A stretch of DNA of 64,000 nt from Eledone cirrhosa (GCA_964016885.1 CAXHJY010000589.1:62001-126000), one strand, 5' to 3'. Shown: positions 1-13,594, numbered from the stretch's first letter. Notes: a model not told the origin generated them from the letters alone. Numbers and translations: made by a program.

Positions 1-108
1 TGTCCATTCCGAGTAAAATCAACATGAGAAAAAATAGGATGGACCAAAATGGAGCTGCTGGCATAGTAGCCACGGCTTGAGGGTAAGCAATAAATGCCAT
101 CCCAGGAC
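1..108 (-). CDS. SLC6 exon (EL4/TM8), running off the window edge: [36 protein letters not shown]
   Basis: aaccag acceptor at 109-114; GPG.AF..YP.A...P...WS.LFF.M...LG.D motif; phase matches the previous exon. Confidence 0.95.
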
Positions 109-285
109 CTGGTTGTAAACAAACATAAAATATAGTAATCTGTAAGTAAATTTTCATTAGGTGACATATTCATCAGAGTGGCAATAAATTTGGTTGGGAC
201 AACAGAACAGATTTGATAGATTTCTATAATAAATTTGCTACTTCACAGTTTGGGCTTCAAATCTTGTACGAGTTAATCCTTTCGT

Positions 286-530
286 TGTGGAAGTGCGTAA
301 CCTAGTGGTAAGGACATTGGACCTAAGATCGTATTGTCGTAGGTTCGATTCCTGGGCTGAGTTGTGTGCTGTGTTCTTGAGCAAAACACTTTGTTTCATG
401 TTGCTCCAGTATACTCAGCTGAAAATGAGTACCTGCAATAACTGGGAGTTTAACCCTGCGATGGACTGGTGTCCTGTCCAGGGGTGGGGGAGTTTTGTAC
501 TCTCAGTCGCTTAACGCTACGGATACCGGT
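286..530 (+). mobile_element. tRNA-derived SINE, family B (central TGTTCTTGAGCAARACACTT...TTGCTCCAGT...CAGCTG domain)
   Basis: A box-like TAGTGG and B box GTTCGATTCC; similar copies at ~29040-29375(-), 33385-33660(+), 42290-42610(+), 49882-50000(+), 50165-50478(-). Confidence 0.8.
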
Positions 531-956
531 AACATTGAACCTGCCAAACAGTGAGTTGTCTCAAACTGTACTAAACTGAGCTGGTTGCTCAACATTGAAC
601 CTGCCAAACAGTGAGTTGTCTCAAACTGTACTAAACTGAGCTGGTTGCTCAACATTGAACCTGCCAAACAGTGAGTTATCTCAAACTGTACTAAACTGAA
701 CTGGTTGCTCAACATTGAACCTGCCAAACAGTGAGTTATCTCAAACTGTACTAAACTGAACTGGTTGCTCAACATTGAACCTCCCAAACAGTGAGTTGTC
801 TCAAACTGTACTAAACTGAACTGGTTGCTCAACATTGAACCTGCCAAACAGTGAGTTGTCTCAAACTGTACTAAACTGAACTGGTTGCTCAACATTGAAC
901 CTCCCAAACAGTGAGTTGTCTCAAACTGTACTAAACTGAACTGGTTTATCAACATT
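531..956. repeat. 60-bp minisatellite, 7 copies
   Basis: Consecutive 60-nt sequence lines are nearly identical. Confidence 0.97.
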
Positions 957-1483
957 TCATTTTCAAATACGACAATGGCTGCTGTTTGTTTTTCGTTTAT
1001 TTCAGTGATAAATTGTTGAATCAATTAACTGAAATCTCACATCTAAAGATATTGACTTCCTATCTGAGAAAGAAATCAATATGACTTGAATTGACTAGTT
1101 TGTTGTTTTTATTATCGTAATTATTTTATTGCTTCTCTTTTTATATAAATTACAGGTTTTATTGTAATAAATTCAAGTGTCTTTTGTGGTTCAGAAAACA
1201 GAAAAAAGGGAAAGGCAAGGGCTCTCAGGTCACAGAAGAATGGAATGGTTGGGTGCGGAGAACGTGGAATCTTAGATGAGGGATCTACTTCCTTCGAATT
1301 TTATTGTTTCTTAAAATAAATGTTGTCATTGTAATCCTTGTTAACATCATTATTATCAACAGGGCGGTGAATTGGCAGTATCGGTAGAGGGTCGGACACC
1401 ATGCTTTGCAGCACAGTTACGTCCTTTTACGGACTGAGTTCAAATCCCGCCGAGGTTAACTTTGCCTTTCATCCTTACGTGGT

Positions 1484-2231
1484 CTTATTTTTCGATCACT
1501 GAATGCATATTTTTTTGATCACCTGGTACATGGAAATGTTCTAGATTGTAAGATAGGGAAATGGATACATCTATGGTCGATAATATACTATAAGAAAGGA
1601 AACAGTCTATTTTCTATGGATATTTATCTAGTCTAGGGTAATTGTATATTTCTTTGATCGGTTCCAGATAAGTGTTAGAATTTTGGATGTATCTGAGCAT
1701 ATTTCCTTACTAGCCAAATTCTCAAGTTTTATTACATCAGTTTTAAAGATATTGGAACATTTTGCTCTTATACTCTCTCTGTCTGTGAAATAAATATGAA
1801 TTTCCTCTTCCTAGTTGAAGCCGTATATACATGAAAAATGTTGACATCGAAACGATGCTTGCTCAGTTTACCGGTTATTGAAAGTTACATCCGATAGAGC
1901 GTCAGACATGCTTTGCAGCAATGCTATGTCTTTTTACGTTCTGAGTTCAAATGTCTATGAGGTTTTCTTTCCCTTTCATCCTTACGAGGTCAGTAAAATA
2001 CCCAAATTGCTGGCCTTGTGCCTACCTTTAGTAGAAACAATTATTTAGTATATGAGTACCGGTAGAGGGTCACACGCCATGCTTTCTAGCATAGTTACGT
2101 CCCTTTACGGTCCGAGTTCAAATCAAGTCGAGGTTAACTTTGCCTTTCATCCTTACGGGGTCGATAAAATAAAGTACCAGTAATACACTGGGATAATTGC
2201 TGGCCTTGTGCCAAAAGTAGAAACAATTATT
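1484..2231 (+). repeat. Copy A of a ~750-bp inverted segmental duplication
   Basis: Reverse complement of 11693-12464 with only scattered substitutions; includes unique sequence plus two SINEs. Confidence 0.92.
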
Positions 2232-3082
2232 ATCAACATTTTCCCCCCGTTAAGATTTCCAGATAACATGTGGTTAGAATGTCTAATCAAAACATGAAGA
2301 ATAAAACTTCTTTTACCCTACAATGAATCATAGCATAAATTTATTGCTAAGTTTAACACAGATGGTTTCATTTGGATCAAGGTCTCCCAAACATTTTCAA
2401 ACGCGGAATCCTTTTTGGTTCAGAATTTTTTGACGAACCCCAAAGTCTAATACTGTTATATGCTCTACCTTTTTTCATGGAACCCCAGACACTCCTTTGA
2501 GAAACTTACTTTGGGAACTACTGACTAGTTTAATATTGTGAGTAGGGATTCCAGAATAGAGCAATTTTTAATGAAGGAATAATCAGAAGTCTGGTCGAAG
2601 TAGTTTATACAAGTTGATTCTCTTGTCGAATAAATAGAGTTTTATGGGTAAACTAGATCGACGAGAACAGTAGTGGTAAAGTACTGCATCTAATATTATA
2701 CACAATAACTTCTCACAACTAAAGTACTTTACAGGCCTAAAAAGAAACCCAACCTCTTCCAAATATTGGATGGTACGACTTTAGGTTAAGAATGGTAACA
2801 TTTCAGAACAGTTCAATACCATACTCCATGTGTGAATATATAAAAAAAATATATGAGGCAATAGTTAACTCCATTAAAACTTAAGTTCAAAACCGAGAAG
2901 TACAAAACTAAATTATGTAACTAATTAATCTCAGTGCTCTACTATAATATGTAAAATATAAAACAAAATGAGAAAAACAATTTAAGTTATTTCCAACACC
3001 TTTTGTTTAAGTGTTGGACAAGATGCCTTGTGATATTCTTATCAGCTCTTTGCTCTCTTATTTCAAATCCTGTTGTGTCTTA

Positions 3083-3235
3083 CTTCATCGTCGTCTTCGT
3101 CGACTTCTACTTCCTCTTCATCGACTTCCACTTCATCGACTTCCACTTCATCGACTTCCACTTCATCGACTTCCACTTCATCGACTTCCACTTCATCGAC
3201 TTCCACTTCATCGACTTCTACTTCATCGACTTCTT
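3083..3235. repeat. 15-bp minisatellite (CTTCATCGACTTCCA)n
   Basis: Direct inspection. Confidence 0.92.
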
Positions 3236-3439
3236 CTTCGCTCACTTATTCCCGGGACAGAGTCCTCAAACACTCCTTCCAAGCAAGTCCTGTCAGAAGC
3301 AACCGTTTCGAACTGATCCGGCTGGATCCCCAAGCGTGACCAGCCAAGCTCATGGATGTTATCCAATCATCTTATGCCTTACTTGGGTGGTAAAAATTAA
3401 TCCGTCATTCAATTTAACATATCACCTGGCCCTTGGGTC

Positions 3440-3828
3440 GCTTAACCGGCCTGTTAGTATAGCACCCCCACAAAGCTGTTTCGTGGCATGAGGGTGGCTT
3501 AACCGGCCTGTTAGAATAGCACCCTACAAAGCTCTTTCGTGACACGAGGGTGGCTTAACCGGCCTGTTAGTATAGTATCCCACAAAGCTGTTTCATGGCA
3601 TGAGGGTAGCTTAACCGGCCTGTTAGTATAACACCCCACAAAGCTGTTTCGTGGCATGAGGGTGGCTTAACCGGCCTGTTAGAATAGCACCCTACAAAGC
3701 TCTTTCGTGACATGAGGGTGGCTTAACCGGCCTGTTAGTATAGTATCCCACAAAGCTGTTTCATGGCATGAGGGTAGCTTAACCGGCCTGTTAGTATAGC
3801 ACCCCCACAAAGCTGTTTCGTGGTATGA
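3440..3828. repeat. ~56-bp minisatellite, 7 copies in ABCABCA order
   Basis: TTAACCGGCC recurs at ~56-bp spacing; variants repeat every third unit. Confidence 0.92.
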
Positions 3829-4133
3829 ATTTGCTTGTCTTGAATATGTCTAGCTTTGTTCCTGTTACTGTCGTGATGGAGAAGTTGCTTGGTGTTGCAT
3901 AAAATGGTCGGCTCATACTTGAACTGGCGATAGAGGTATTATTGCTGCTATTGTTAATTTTTCTTTTTAGTTTCGATAATTTTACTGTTGCTGCAGTTAG
4001 GACAGGCTTGGTACCTTCAATTATGTCTGAAAGGGTGGTAATAGTTATATTGAGAGAAGGGGAGGTTTGTATTCAGTGAGAGTAGCAAACACTATCTCCT
4101 CCCTGTGCCTTCTTCCTTTCATTATCATCTCTT

Positions 4134-4510
4134 TGGCAGTATCAGTAGAGAGTCGGACACCATGCTTTGAAGCATAGAGTTACGTCCCTTTATGATCCGA
4201 GATCAAATTCCGCCGAGGTTAACTTTGCCTTTCATCTTTACGGGGGGATTTAAAATAAAGTACCAGTAATGTACTGGGTTATTGCTGGCCTTGTGCCAAA
4301 AATAGAAACAATTATTAAGAGCAGTGGATTGGCAGTATCGGTAGAGGGTCGGACGCCATGCTTTGACGCATAAAGTTACGGCCCTTTCCATTCTGAGTTC
4401 AAATCCCGCCGAGGTCAAATTTGCATTTCATCCTTACGGCGTCGATAAAATAAAGTACCAGTAATGTACTGGGTAATTTCTGGCCTTGTGCCAAAAGTAG
4501 AAACAATTGT
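4134..4510 (+). mobile_element. Two tandem family A SINEs
   Basis: Two consecutive TTGGCAGTATC...GTAGAAACAATT units. Confidence 0.85.
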
Positions 4511-4845
4511 CTCTTACTGTTCGGCTGACAAATTCGACGCCATATTTGTAGTTTTGAATTTTTCAATAAAATTTTTTGTTCAGGAAGATATATAAGCCTG
4601 AAAGGAACGAGATTCAATGAACCCAGCCTCTTAAGGTCGTGGCTAGTTCTGCAACAAAATACAGCAAAATTATTAACACAAATAAGTCCTTTAAGAGACA
4701 AATAAACAGTTATTGTTTTCAAGTATCACAGAACGAAGTGAAACATGTCTTACTGAGATGTAAGCAATAGTAATAGTAATAATAATAGCTATGACGAAGG
4801 CGAAGACAAAGAGGGAAGACGAAGGAAGGAAAAAGAAATGAATGA

Positions 4846-5162
<317 letters not shown>

Positions 5163-5185
5163 AAGGGAGAGGAAGAACGCCATAC

Positions 5186-5310
5186 CTGATTCAGCCACTT
5201 CATCTATGGTCTTATTCTGTTGGTTAGCCATATATCCCAAAATCGGGAAAGTTATAAAACCTGCCAACAAACTTGTTCCACTATTGGTAATGGAAAATAT
5301 AATGCTGTCC
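5186..5310 (-). CDS. SLC6 exon (TM7): DSIIFSITNSGTSLLAGFITFPILGYMANQQNKTIDEVAESG
   Basis: ttttag acceptor, G|gtatgg donor, 125 nt, phase 2-1; NSxTS and VAESG motifs. Confidence 0.95.
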
Positions 5311-5877
5311 CTAAAAATACAAAGAAAACCTATGTGTAACTAATGAAAGCGCTTTTTCCTGACAACGTAACAAAAAGAAAAGCATAAAAACGAAAGAGAT
5401 CTACCCTCTCTGTCAGAGTGTATGTATGTTTGTGTGTGGAAATGCGAGAGAGTACAAGATTTTGCTGCTGGTTGTTGTAACAGTAAACTATTAGGAAATC
5501 AGATCGACATATAGATATGTAGTTTCCTGAATGGTTGGGTTGGGTTGGGTTGGGTTGGGTAGAAAGACAGTTTTTAAAAGAGTGTTGATAAACATCAATT
5601 GTAAGGATCCACAATACGAAGGAATAAGACGGGTAAAATCACCTCCGGTAGGATTTGGTGGATACGGAGCTAAGAGGTTATGAAACTAAATACTTAGAGA
5701 AATATAGTATAAAGAAGAAAAATTATTTCTCTAAGTTGTTACCATTACGGGGTCGAAAAATAAAGTACCAGTAATGCACTGGGATCGATTTAATCGACTT
5801 TCCACTCCCCCAAATTGTTGGCTTTATGCTTAAATCAGAAACAATTATAATTATTATCATTATTTTTGTTTAACCTA

Positions 5878-6065
5878 GGGCGGTGGATTGGCAGTATCGG
5901 TAGAGGGTCGGACGCCATGCTTTCCAGCATAGTTACGTCCCTTTACGATCTGAGTTCAAATCCCGCCGAGGTTGACTTTGCCTTTCATCCTTACGGGGTC
6001 GATAAAATAAAGTACCAGTAACGCACTGGGTAATTGCTGGCCTTGTGCCTAAAGTAGAAACAATT
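5878..6065 (+). mobile_element. Young tRNA-derived SINE, family A, full length with 18-bp TSD
   Basis: A box TGGCAGTATCGG, B box GTTCAAATCC, 3' end GTAGAAACAATTAT; TSD ATTATTTTTGTTTAACCT at 5859-5876 and 6063-6080; more than 25 related copies in the window. Confidence 0.9.
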
Positions 6066-6794
6066 ATTTTTGTTTAACCTTCTTTGAATTCTGCTCCTTT
6101 CTCCAATCATACCGAGTGTCAGACTGACACATTATCCCGCTGAGGTTAGCTTTGCCTATCATCCTTACTGGGTTGATAAAATAAAGCACCAGTTATACAC
6201 TGGGGTCGATTTGATCGACTTACCCGCCAAAAATATTTATGGCCTTGTGCCTATAGTAGAAATCATTAATATTATTATTATTATATAAAGCCAATGATGG
6301 AGCTTATATGTGGTGGCTTTATATACTCGAGATAGTAAACCGTGTTTAAAAAAGGACATATTAGATAGCGTAGTTTTTCGCGCACACTGGCCAAAAACAA
6401 AATGGCGGTGTGTGCACGACTGGAATGCCTTTGATCATAGTTCTGTTGGGTTAGGGATAAACTGGGGTTTAACTGTTACAACTACTAGGAAATGTTATAT
6501 TGATACATTTGCTTATAGCAAAGAACCACACCAGCCACTACTTCTCTACTTACAGTTGAAATACGTGCCGTGGCAATTGATACATTACAGGGATGATGAA
6601 GCAGCACGGATTCCTTTTGTGTAGTTACTTATGATCTCAAATTATCTTAGGAATTGTGATTGATTATCACAAACCTTCCTAACACAAAGTCTCACTGTTC
6701 TCGTCTTCATATGGAGTCAAGTATACCGCTCCAAGTTGTTCTTAAAGTAATATTTAAGGCCAACTCTAGAAGCTAATGATTGCACAGTGAATTA

Positions 6795-6965
6795 CCGTAT
6801 TTCCCGGCGCCGAAGACGCCTAGTCCTCGAAGACGAACCCTTATTTTGACAACCAAAAATTTGAAAAAATAAATAAATAAACAACCTTTGGCCTCCAGGA
6901 CGCATGGTAGATTTTTGAGACTTATTTCAGGAAGAAGGTAGCGTCTTCATCGCCGAGCAATACGA
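6795..6965. mobile_element. Tc1/mariner-superfamily (Tc2/pogo-like) MITE
   Basis: TA|CCGTATTT.CCGGCG..GAAGACGC ... GCGTCTTC.TCGCCG..CAATACGA|TA imperfect TIRs with TA TSD. Confidence 0.7.
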
Positions 6966-9900
6966 TATATTGTGTTTTTGCCACTTTTAGCAGTGAGCTA
7001 TAGCTATGAATGGCTAGGGTTACGGTTAGGGTATGTTTAAATCTATGATGACAACTTTCAAGAATTGAGAATCTTCGTCATAATGTAGTGTCCGTGACGG
7101 CGTACGGATTTTTAAGCCACAAGCTGATAATTCAGCCCCTTATCGACTTGGTCAATGTGTCGCTTCGAAGAAAGTTATAAGAATTTAAAGAGAGGGTAAT
7201 TTCAAGCTGTGTTAAGCATCCGAGCAGTGAATTTAGAAGTTCAGTTATTACTGCTATGTTTAGTTTTATTAAAAAACGGTTGAGATTATATTCTAGAGGA
7301 ATCTCAAGATCTAAAGACTATATCAAATAGTCATTTAAAGTTCAAAGCTTTTAATCACTTTATGAATATGAATGTATATGTTTGTGCATGTGTGTGTATT
7401 CACACATGTGTAATAAACACATCATAAAAAATACTTGTTCCCAGAACTGAGAACTAAATATTACACAACTGAACATAATTATACATAAACGATCAATTGA
7501 ATAACAAAGTTCAAGACATTTAAAGACAAATTTAGATTTTCCAATAGAAAAAAATTTTGAACGTCCTGGATTGAAGGTGTCTTAGATTATGTGGTATTTA
7601 TCCAGTGCCAAGAACGTATATAATAACCACATCAAATGTCTTAAAGGTGCTATTACAATGTGCTTCCCGTATTGAGTTTGTATGTTTGAGTTCATACAAG
7701 CTTTTTTTAAAGTTTTTACTTTGATTTCACTGTAAACATAAGCAACGCCAAGAATTTGAGGGTCAACAAAAGTAACAATTTTGGCATTCTCGATATTCCA
7801 CAGAAGATCCAGAAAATTTGAATATAATATATTTCTTCTTTGTCAAATATTAGATTCGATTTATGTGAGAAATTACCATGTAAGAGAAATGATAAAAAAA
7901 TATTTAAGAAGTTGCCATCAGCCGTTAGATGACAACTTCTTTTTCCATCTTTTAAGGGTTTTCACAATATTTTAATGCTTAAAACAATTCCAATATTGGG
8001 ATGGATAGCATTCCACCTGAGGAAGGAGCCCTGTGAAATGGGGTGGCTGTTGTAGCGGGTGTCACTGGCCATTGTCCGCCGAAATGTTTTTGCCATTTTG
8101 TTCCTTCCCCCTTTCTTACTTCCATTGTCTAGTAGTCCTTGCCCTTCCCCTCCTTTTCCTCTCATTTATGGCATTTATAGTCCTTTCCAATGTTGCCTTC
8201 TTTTTCTGTATGTTTAACCAAATAAAAATTTCCTTTTATAAGTTATTTCATAGCATCTCCGTGCATGAATACACCATTAACTTTATATTCTCAGCACTTA
8301 GAGCCCGAGAGATCTGATACGTATAATCTAATGAAGGGTTTCAATATATAGTTGATATCTAATGTAATATGTATGTGATGAATTGTTTTGAGCTCAAGTA
8401 AAAATGATATATTTGTGGATTCTTGTTACTTTGATGCCATGATATCATGCGTGTAGGATATATTACCGAATATCTTATGTGTGTATTAATTCCTAGATAT
8501 ATTGCAAATACTGAATATATTTACAAAATAAGATTCAGGTGCAAATAAAGTTTATCTAGAACGAGTGTTTGTTTACTGACACCAAATTATCAATATTTAC
8601 TCACTTAACAATGAAGACATTGATCTGTCAACCCTGATTTATAGGTTTAATGTTGTATCACCGATGTAGTGGCGCTAACCTTTTGACATAACATCAAGGA
8701 ATATCATATTTAAGAACATTGTACTTATATTGATACCTCAAACAGATTTTGGCTCAGAAGTTAAGGGTCACATAAACGACCCCAGAAAGTGATTTTATGA
8801 GCCAGTGAAGGGGCTTTGCATTAACTGAAAATCCGCTCCCACCACCACCACAAAGAGCTTATCACTTGATTTACAGCCCTCGCCACTTGTGTGGAATTAC
8901 ATGTGTCGTTTACAAAGAGACATTAACGATAACCATTCCAATATTCTTATAAATTTAGAGGAAAACCCATTAAGATAAACAGATGAGAATTTTATATGTA
9001 ATTATTTTAAAGTCAATTTCCAACTTCCACTCTAGGACTAGTACAAATGATCGATTTTCGATCGTGTGTTCTGTGGCAGTTACAAATGTTGCCGGTCATT
9101 AATAATTGTTTCTACTTTTAGGCACAAGGCCAGTAATTACCCAGTACATTACTGGTACTGTATTTTTATCGACCCCGTAAGGATGAAAGGCAAAGTTAAC
9201 CTCGGTCATTAATAATGACCGAAAAGAACACATCTAGAAATAGTGTAACATATCTTGAGTCTTTGATAAATTACAAATAAAATATAGAGCTATTTACTTG
9301 TATGTTTTAAGCATTAAAGATAGAATGGACTGTATTGGAGAAATAGATGTAAGATAATTTGGTCATTTGGTTATATAACCACTGATAATATAAAAGACGC
9401 TATGTAGAATACAGTGATACATAGCAAGATAATATATCAGATTGTTAAATATGGCGGAATCTGACAATGAGTAAAACTTAAATTACCAGCATCTTACGTT
9501 AATTTTATAATCTTATAAAAACATCAAAACTGTGATAATGTCAAAGATAATGAAGCTGACATTTGCAAAGACAAAATGGGTACGAAATGAAAAGAGAATC
9601 TCTCGGGCTGCTTTGAAAGGTTTCAACGGTGTATAACGGATTTTCAAAATATATAGTCTTCTGTCATTGAAAAAATAATTATATTCAATACGGGAAGCCA
9701 CATTTTGAAAATATTTATCCATAAAAATATAGCACACTTGATCTCACCATTTGCTTACCTCCTTCAGTGTTCTGGTTTAACTCCTCTCCAATTTCTTCGG
9801 CGTCTTTTTTTGGAGACAGGAGTGGAAATTGTGTACGCAAACTGAACAATTTAATAAACACACAGAACAAAAATTAACGGAAAAAAAAAAAAAAAAAATG

Positions 9901-10683
9901 ACATTCCACAAAAAAAGGAACCTGGGGTAAGATTGCATATAGAATATTAAAAAAAAACTTGAATACTTACTTTGACTTAGTAATAAGTAATGCGTACTTA
10001 TGACTAAGAAAATAACTAAAATATCTTTCCTTTATTTCTGTTATGGACTATTTTTGGTCCATAGCAGATGAATATAGACGACACACATCGATGTAAAGAT
10101 ATGAAAAGATGAATGACGAATGTTCTCGAAGGAATTTTTATTGTATATAGTGAACTTTCAGAGAACGTGATTAAGGAATATATTGAGAAGTGTGTGTGTG
10201 TGTGTGCGTGTGTGAGTGAGTGTGCATGTGTGAGTGTATGTGTGTGTGAGTGAGTGTGTGAGTGAGTGTGCGGGCATGTGTGAGTGTGAGTATGTGTGTG
10301 TGTATTGTGGACGCGTGTGTGGGCATGTGTGCGTGAGTACGCGAGCACATGCATGCTCATATTTGTGTAAACATTATATTTAAGTTTTGCACCTAGGGTG
10401 CTAACGTTGATTTCGATGTCGAATAAAATCAATTAATTTAGAAGATATAATCAGGAACGAGAACTCACAAGACAATCACAAAGACAAACGATATATTGTT
10501 TGAATTTAATGTAATTCAAATATATTTCCCTTGCCCCTCAACAGAGATATGTTTTACACAAAACCACGTGTACAGTAAGACCAAATACAAATGATCTGAC
10601 AATCGAGTTATAAAAGGTGAAAACGAGAATTTTGTAAGATTTTGAATCCATCTTCGGCTATTTCATTGTAATTCTGAATAAAC

Positions 10684-10945
10684 CAGGGGCGGTGGAAGCA
10701 TTTTTGGATTGGTGGTGGGGTGGAGGACAAATTTAGTCAATTTAGTTGTAGAGATTAGTTTAGCTGTTATTTATCAAATATCAACCAAGATAGAAAAGAA
10801 AAACGATATGCGATAAACATAACATGTACACATATTGTAGCGCATATACAAATAGATGTTTTGGTAGTTTGGGGAGAAAATATATAATTATTAGGGGGTA
10901 GGCAATGTCCCCTCCTCCCGGGCCTCTCTAATTCCACCGCCCCTG
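10684..10945. mobile_element. MITE with perfect 14-bp TIR CAGGGGCGGTGGAA (hAT-like); partial sister at ~20430-20625
   Basis: TIR pair seen directly; no clear TSD. Confidence 0.7.
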
Positions 10946-11692
10946 AGAAATGACAGTTATATATTCAACACCAGTTTGGGTGGAGTAAATTTAAACCAGT
11001 TACACGAAACGATAACACAGCACAAACTAATGATTTATAATTTAGTTGTATCCACATTCTCGCACCCACCCACATACTTATACATATGTCCAATAAATAT
11101 TTCTGAATTAGATGTATGCAATACAGCCCCTTATGATTTCCATAGTAATTCCAATGTCTATAAGCCTACCCTTTGATAAATTTAGGACACACTTTTGGGT
11201 GGGGAAGAGTGTAGTTGGTTAATTAAATCGATCGCCCTCTTTGCTACTTTATTTGTCGATGCTGCAAGGATGAAGGGCAAAGTCAACCTGGACAGCATAT
11301 AAACTTTGATCTGAAAGGGACGAGCGTGAGGACATATCCTGACGTATTCTGTTCGCAACTTATTCGACCTCTTCTTCACCATAGCCTCTCTCACAACAAC
11401 ATGATACTATTTTGTAGGTTATAGAGTAAACGTCGCCATTACTTTGCACGTTTGCACCAAGTGCGAGATTTGAACTCAGATAGAAAAGAGGCAAACAGAT
11501 ATGGAAAAGTGTCTTGTCCAACGTTTTGTCAATTCCATCAATCCACCGCTCCCTGGGGTGGTACTTTATGTATTGACATAGAAATGATGGAAGGTAAAGG
11601 GGATTTGGGTGGGATTTGAACTGCAACAAACAGGGCAAAGCATTTAATCTAACACACTAATAACTCTGGCAATTCATCATCCTCATATACTA

Positions 11693-12464
11693 AATAATTG
11701 TTTCTACTTTTGGCACAAGGCCAGCAATTATCCCAGTGTATTACTGGTACTTTATTTTATCGACCCCGTAAGGATGAAAGGCAAAGTTAACCTCGACTTG
11801 ATTTGAACTCAGACCGTAAAGGGACGTAACTATGCTAGAAAGCATGGCGTGTGACCCTCTACCGGTACTCATATACTAAATAAATGTTTCTACTAAAGGT
11901 AGGCACAAGGCCAGCAATTTGGGTATTTTACTGACCCCGTAAGGATGAAAGGGAAAGAAAACCTCATAGACATTTGAACTCAGAACGTAAAGGTTCATAG
12001 CATTGCTGCAAAGCATGTCTGACGCTCTATCGGATGTAACTTTCAATAACCGGTAAACTGAGCAAGCATCGTTTGTATGCCAACATTTTTCATGTATATA
12101 TGGCTTCAACTAGGAAGAGGAAATTCATATTTATTTCACAGACAGAGAGAGTATAAGAGCAAAATGTTCCAATATCTTTAAAACTGATGTAATAAAACTT
12201 GAGAATTTGGCTAGTAAGGATATATGCTCAGACACATCCAACATTCTAACACTTATCTGGAACCGATCAAAGAAATATACAATTACCCTACACTAGATAA
12301 ATATCCATAGAAAACAGACTGTTTCCTTTCTTATAGTATATTATCAACCATAGATGTATCCATTTCCCTATCTTACAATCTAGAACATTTCCATGTACCA
12401 GGTGATCGAAAAAATATGCATTCAACGATCGGAAAATATATGCATTCAGTGATCGAAAAATAAG
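11693..12464 (-). repeat. Copy B of the inverted duplication (probable donor)
   Basis: Retains both 16-bp SINE target-site duplications CTCATATACTAAATAA (11682-11697 and 11868-11883). Confidence 0.9.
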
Positions 12465-12684
12465 CCTGCAAAATTAGTGGACTGACTTCAAAATGTCCAG
12501 TAATTAATTAAAAACATAATATACAAACATTATTGGGTATCCATTATTCTCCAAGTGTAAATATTTTTATCTTTTCGATTATTATTCTCGTCATAATAAT
12601 CGAGAAGGAGAAAATATAGTGGAGTATCTGTGAGAAAATTGATAAATAAAATGAGTCCTTGGTAGTGAAAAGACTGGGAACCAC

Positions 12685-12745
<61 letters not shown>

Positions 12746-12843
12746 CCAGTCTGCTAATATGCAAATCAGGCCGATCAGTCACTGTGTATTTTTGAAAGTA
12801 GCATATATTTTCACTAGCTCTGACAGTTTGGCAGGTGAACAGT

Positions 12844-12893
12844 GAGCTGTACTGATGAAGGGTGATACCCAGAAACATTAGTGTCCGCAGTTC
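12844..12893 (+). ncRNA. Type I hammerhead ribozyme (PLE-type)
   Basis: gagctgta CTGATGA a gggt-gat-accc a GAAA cattagtg TC cgcagttc. Helix I has 7 bp after one mismatch; GUC site; lies between (TA)n tracts. Confidence 0.8.
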
Positions 12894-13594
12894 TGTTCGC
12901 ATGCCAACACAAGAGCAAGAATGAAGTATTGATTCTACTGACATGGCTATAAAATTGAGGCTTGTTTGCATAATTGCAAACAAATCGAATGTTATTAATA
13001 TTCGAAAAACTCAGATTATATATATATATAATCTGTGGTGCTGAGAATGAGGAGACCACTAATCATGGGAGTACTCAATGCACAAGGAAACAGGTAAAAT
13101 TGCGACCACTTGGCGCTGCGGTCGAGATTCTCTTTCTCTAAAGTGATGTTAGAAGTGAATTTTGGTCTCGTAAAATGGACGCAAATATCGCTGTATGGTT
13201 AAAATGTTCACTTCACAACTAAATGGTTTCGGGTCTAATGCAGGTGAAATTTAGTAGACGGAAACTGTGTGAAAGCCTATCTGAGGAATCGTTCCTGTTT
13301 ATAACATAATTTTAATATCCATCATCTGGTTTAACACCACCAGGCTCTTCTATATGCTTAGTTGTAACCTTTTTCATGCAGCAAAACTAGGGGCAACTTA
13401 ATACATGATAATTCTCATATATATATATATTTTAATAAATATATATTATATATATATATATATATATAATGTAGGAGGTGAGTTTTATTGTAGTACAATA
13501 AAGCAATGCAGATATCGGATAAGAAGCACTCTACAGTTTGTGGGACTGGAGTATGCATAATATAAGATCAAAAGATGGTTAAAGGAGTTCCATA

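Noticed and set aside
145-180. Minus-strand CTGATGA...GAAA near the last exon
   Set aside because: Helices I, II and III do not pair; chance core match. The same holds for ~30355-30385 and ~33005.
503-1024. 173-aa ORF with 20-aa repeats
   Set aside because: A by-product of a 60-bp minisatellite (multiple of 3) in an intron; no splice or homology support
3003-3491. Acidic (EVDEV)n and other low-complexity ORFs
   Set aside because: Translations of a 15-bp minisatellite adjoining a LINE fragment
4519-4545. ATG in strong context followed by a gtaaga donor (MASNLSAE)
   Set aside because: Splicing to the next acceptor at 4026 hits a stop almost immediately; no further support for a nested gene start
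5878-6065. Possible tRNA genes (A and B boxes)
   Set aside because: The boxes belong to SINE heads with non-tRNA bodies and TSDs; no cloverleaf found
7014-7032. TTAGGG-like telomeric motif
   Set aside because: Only about three degenerate units
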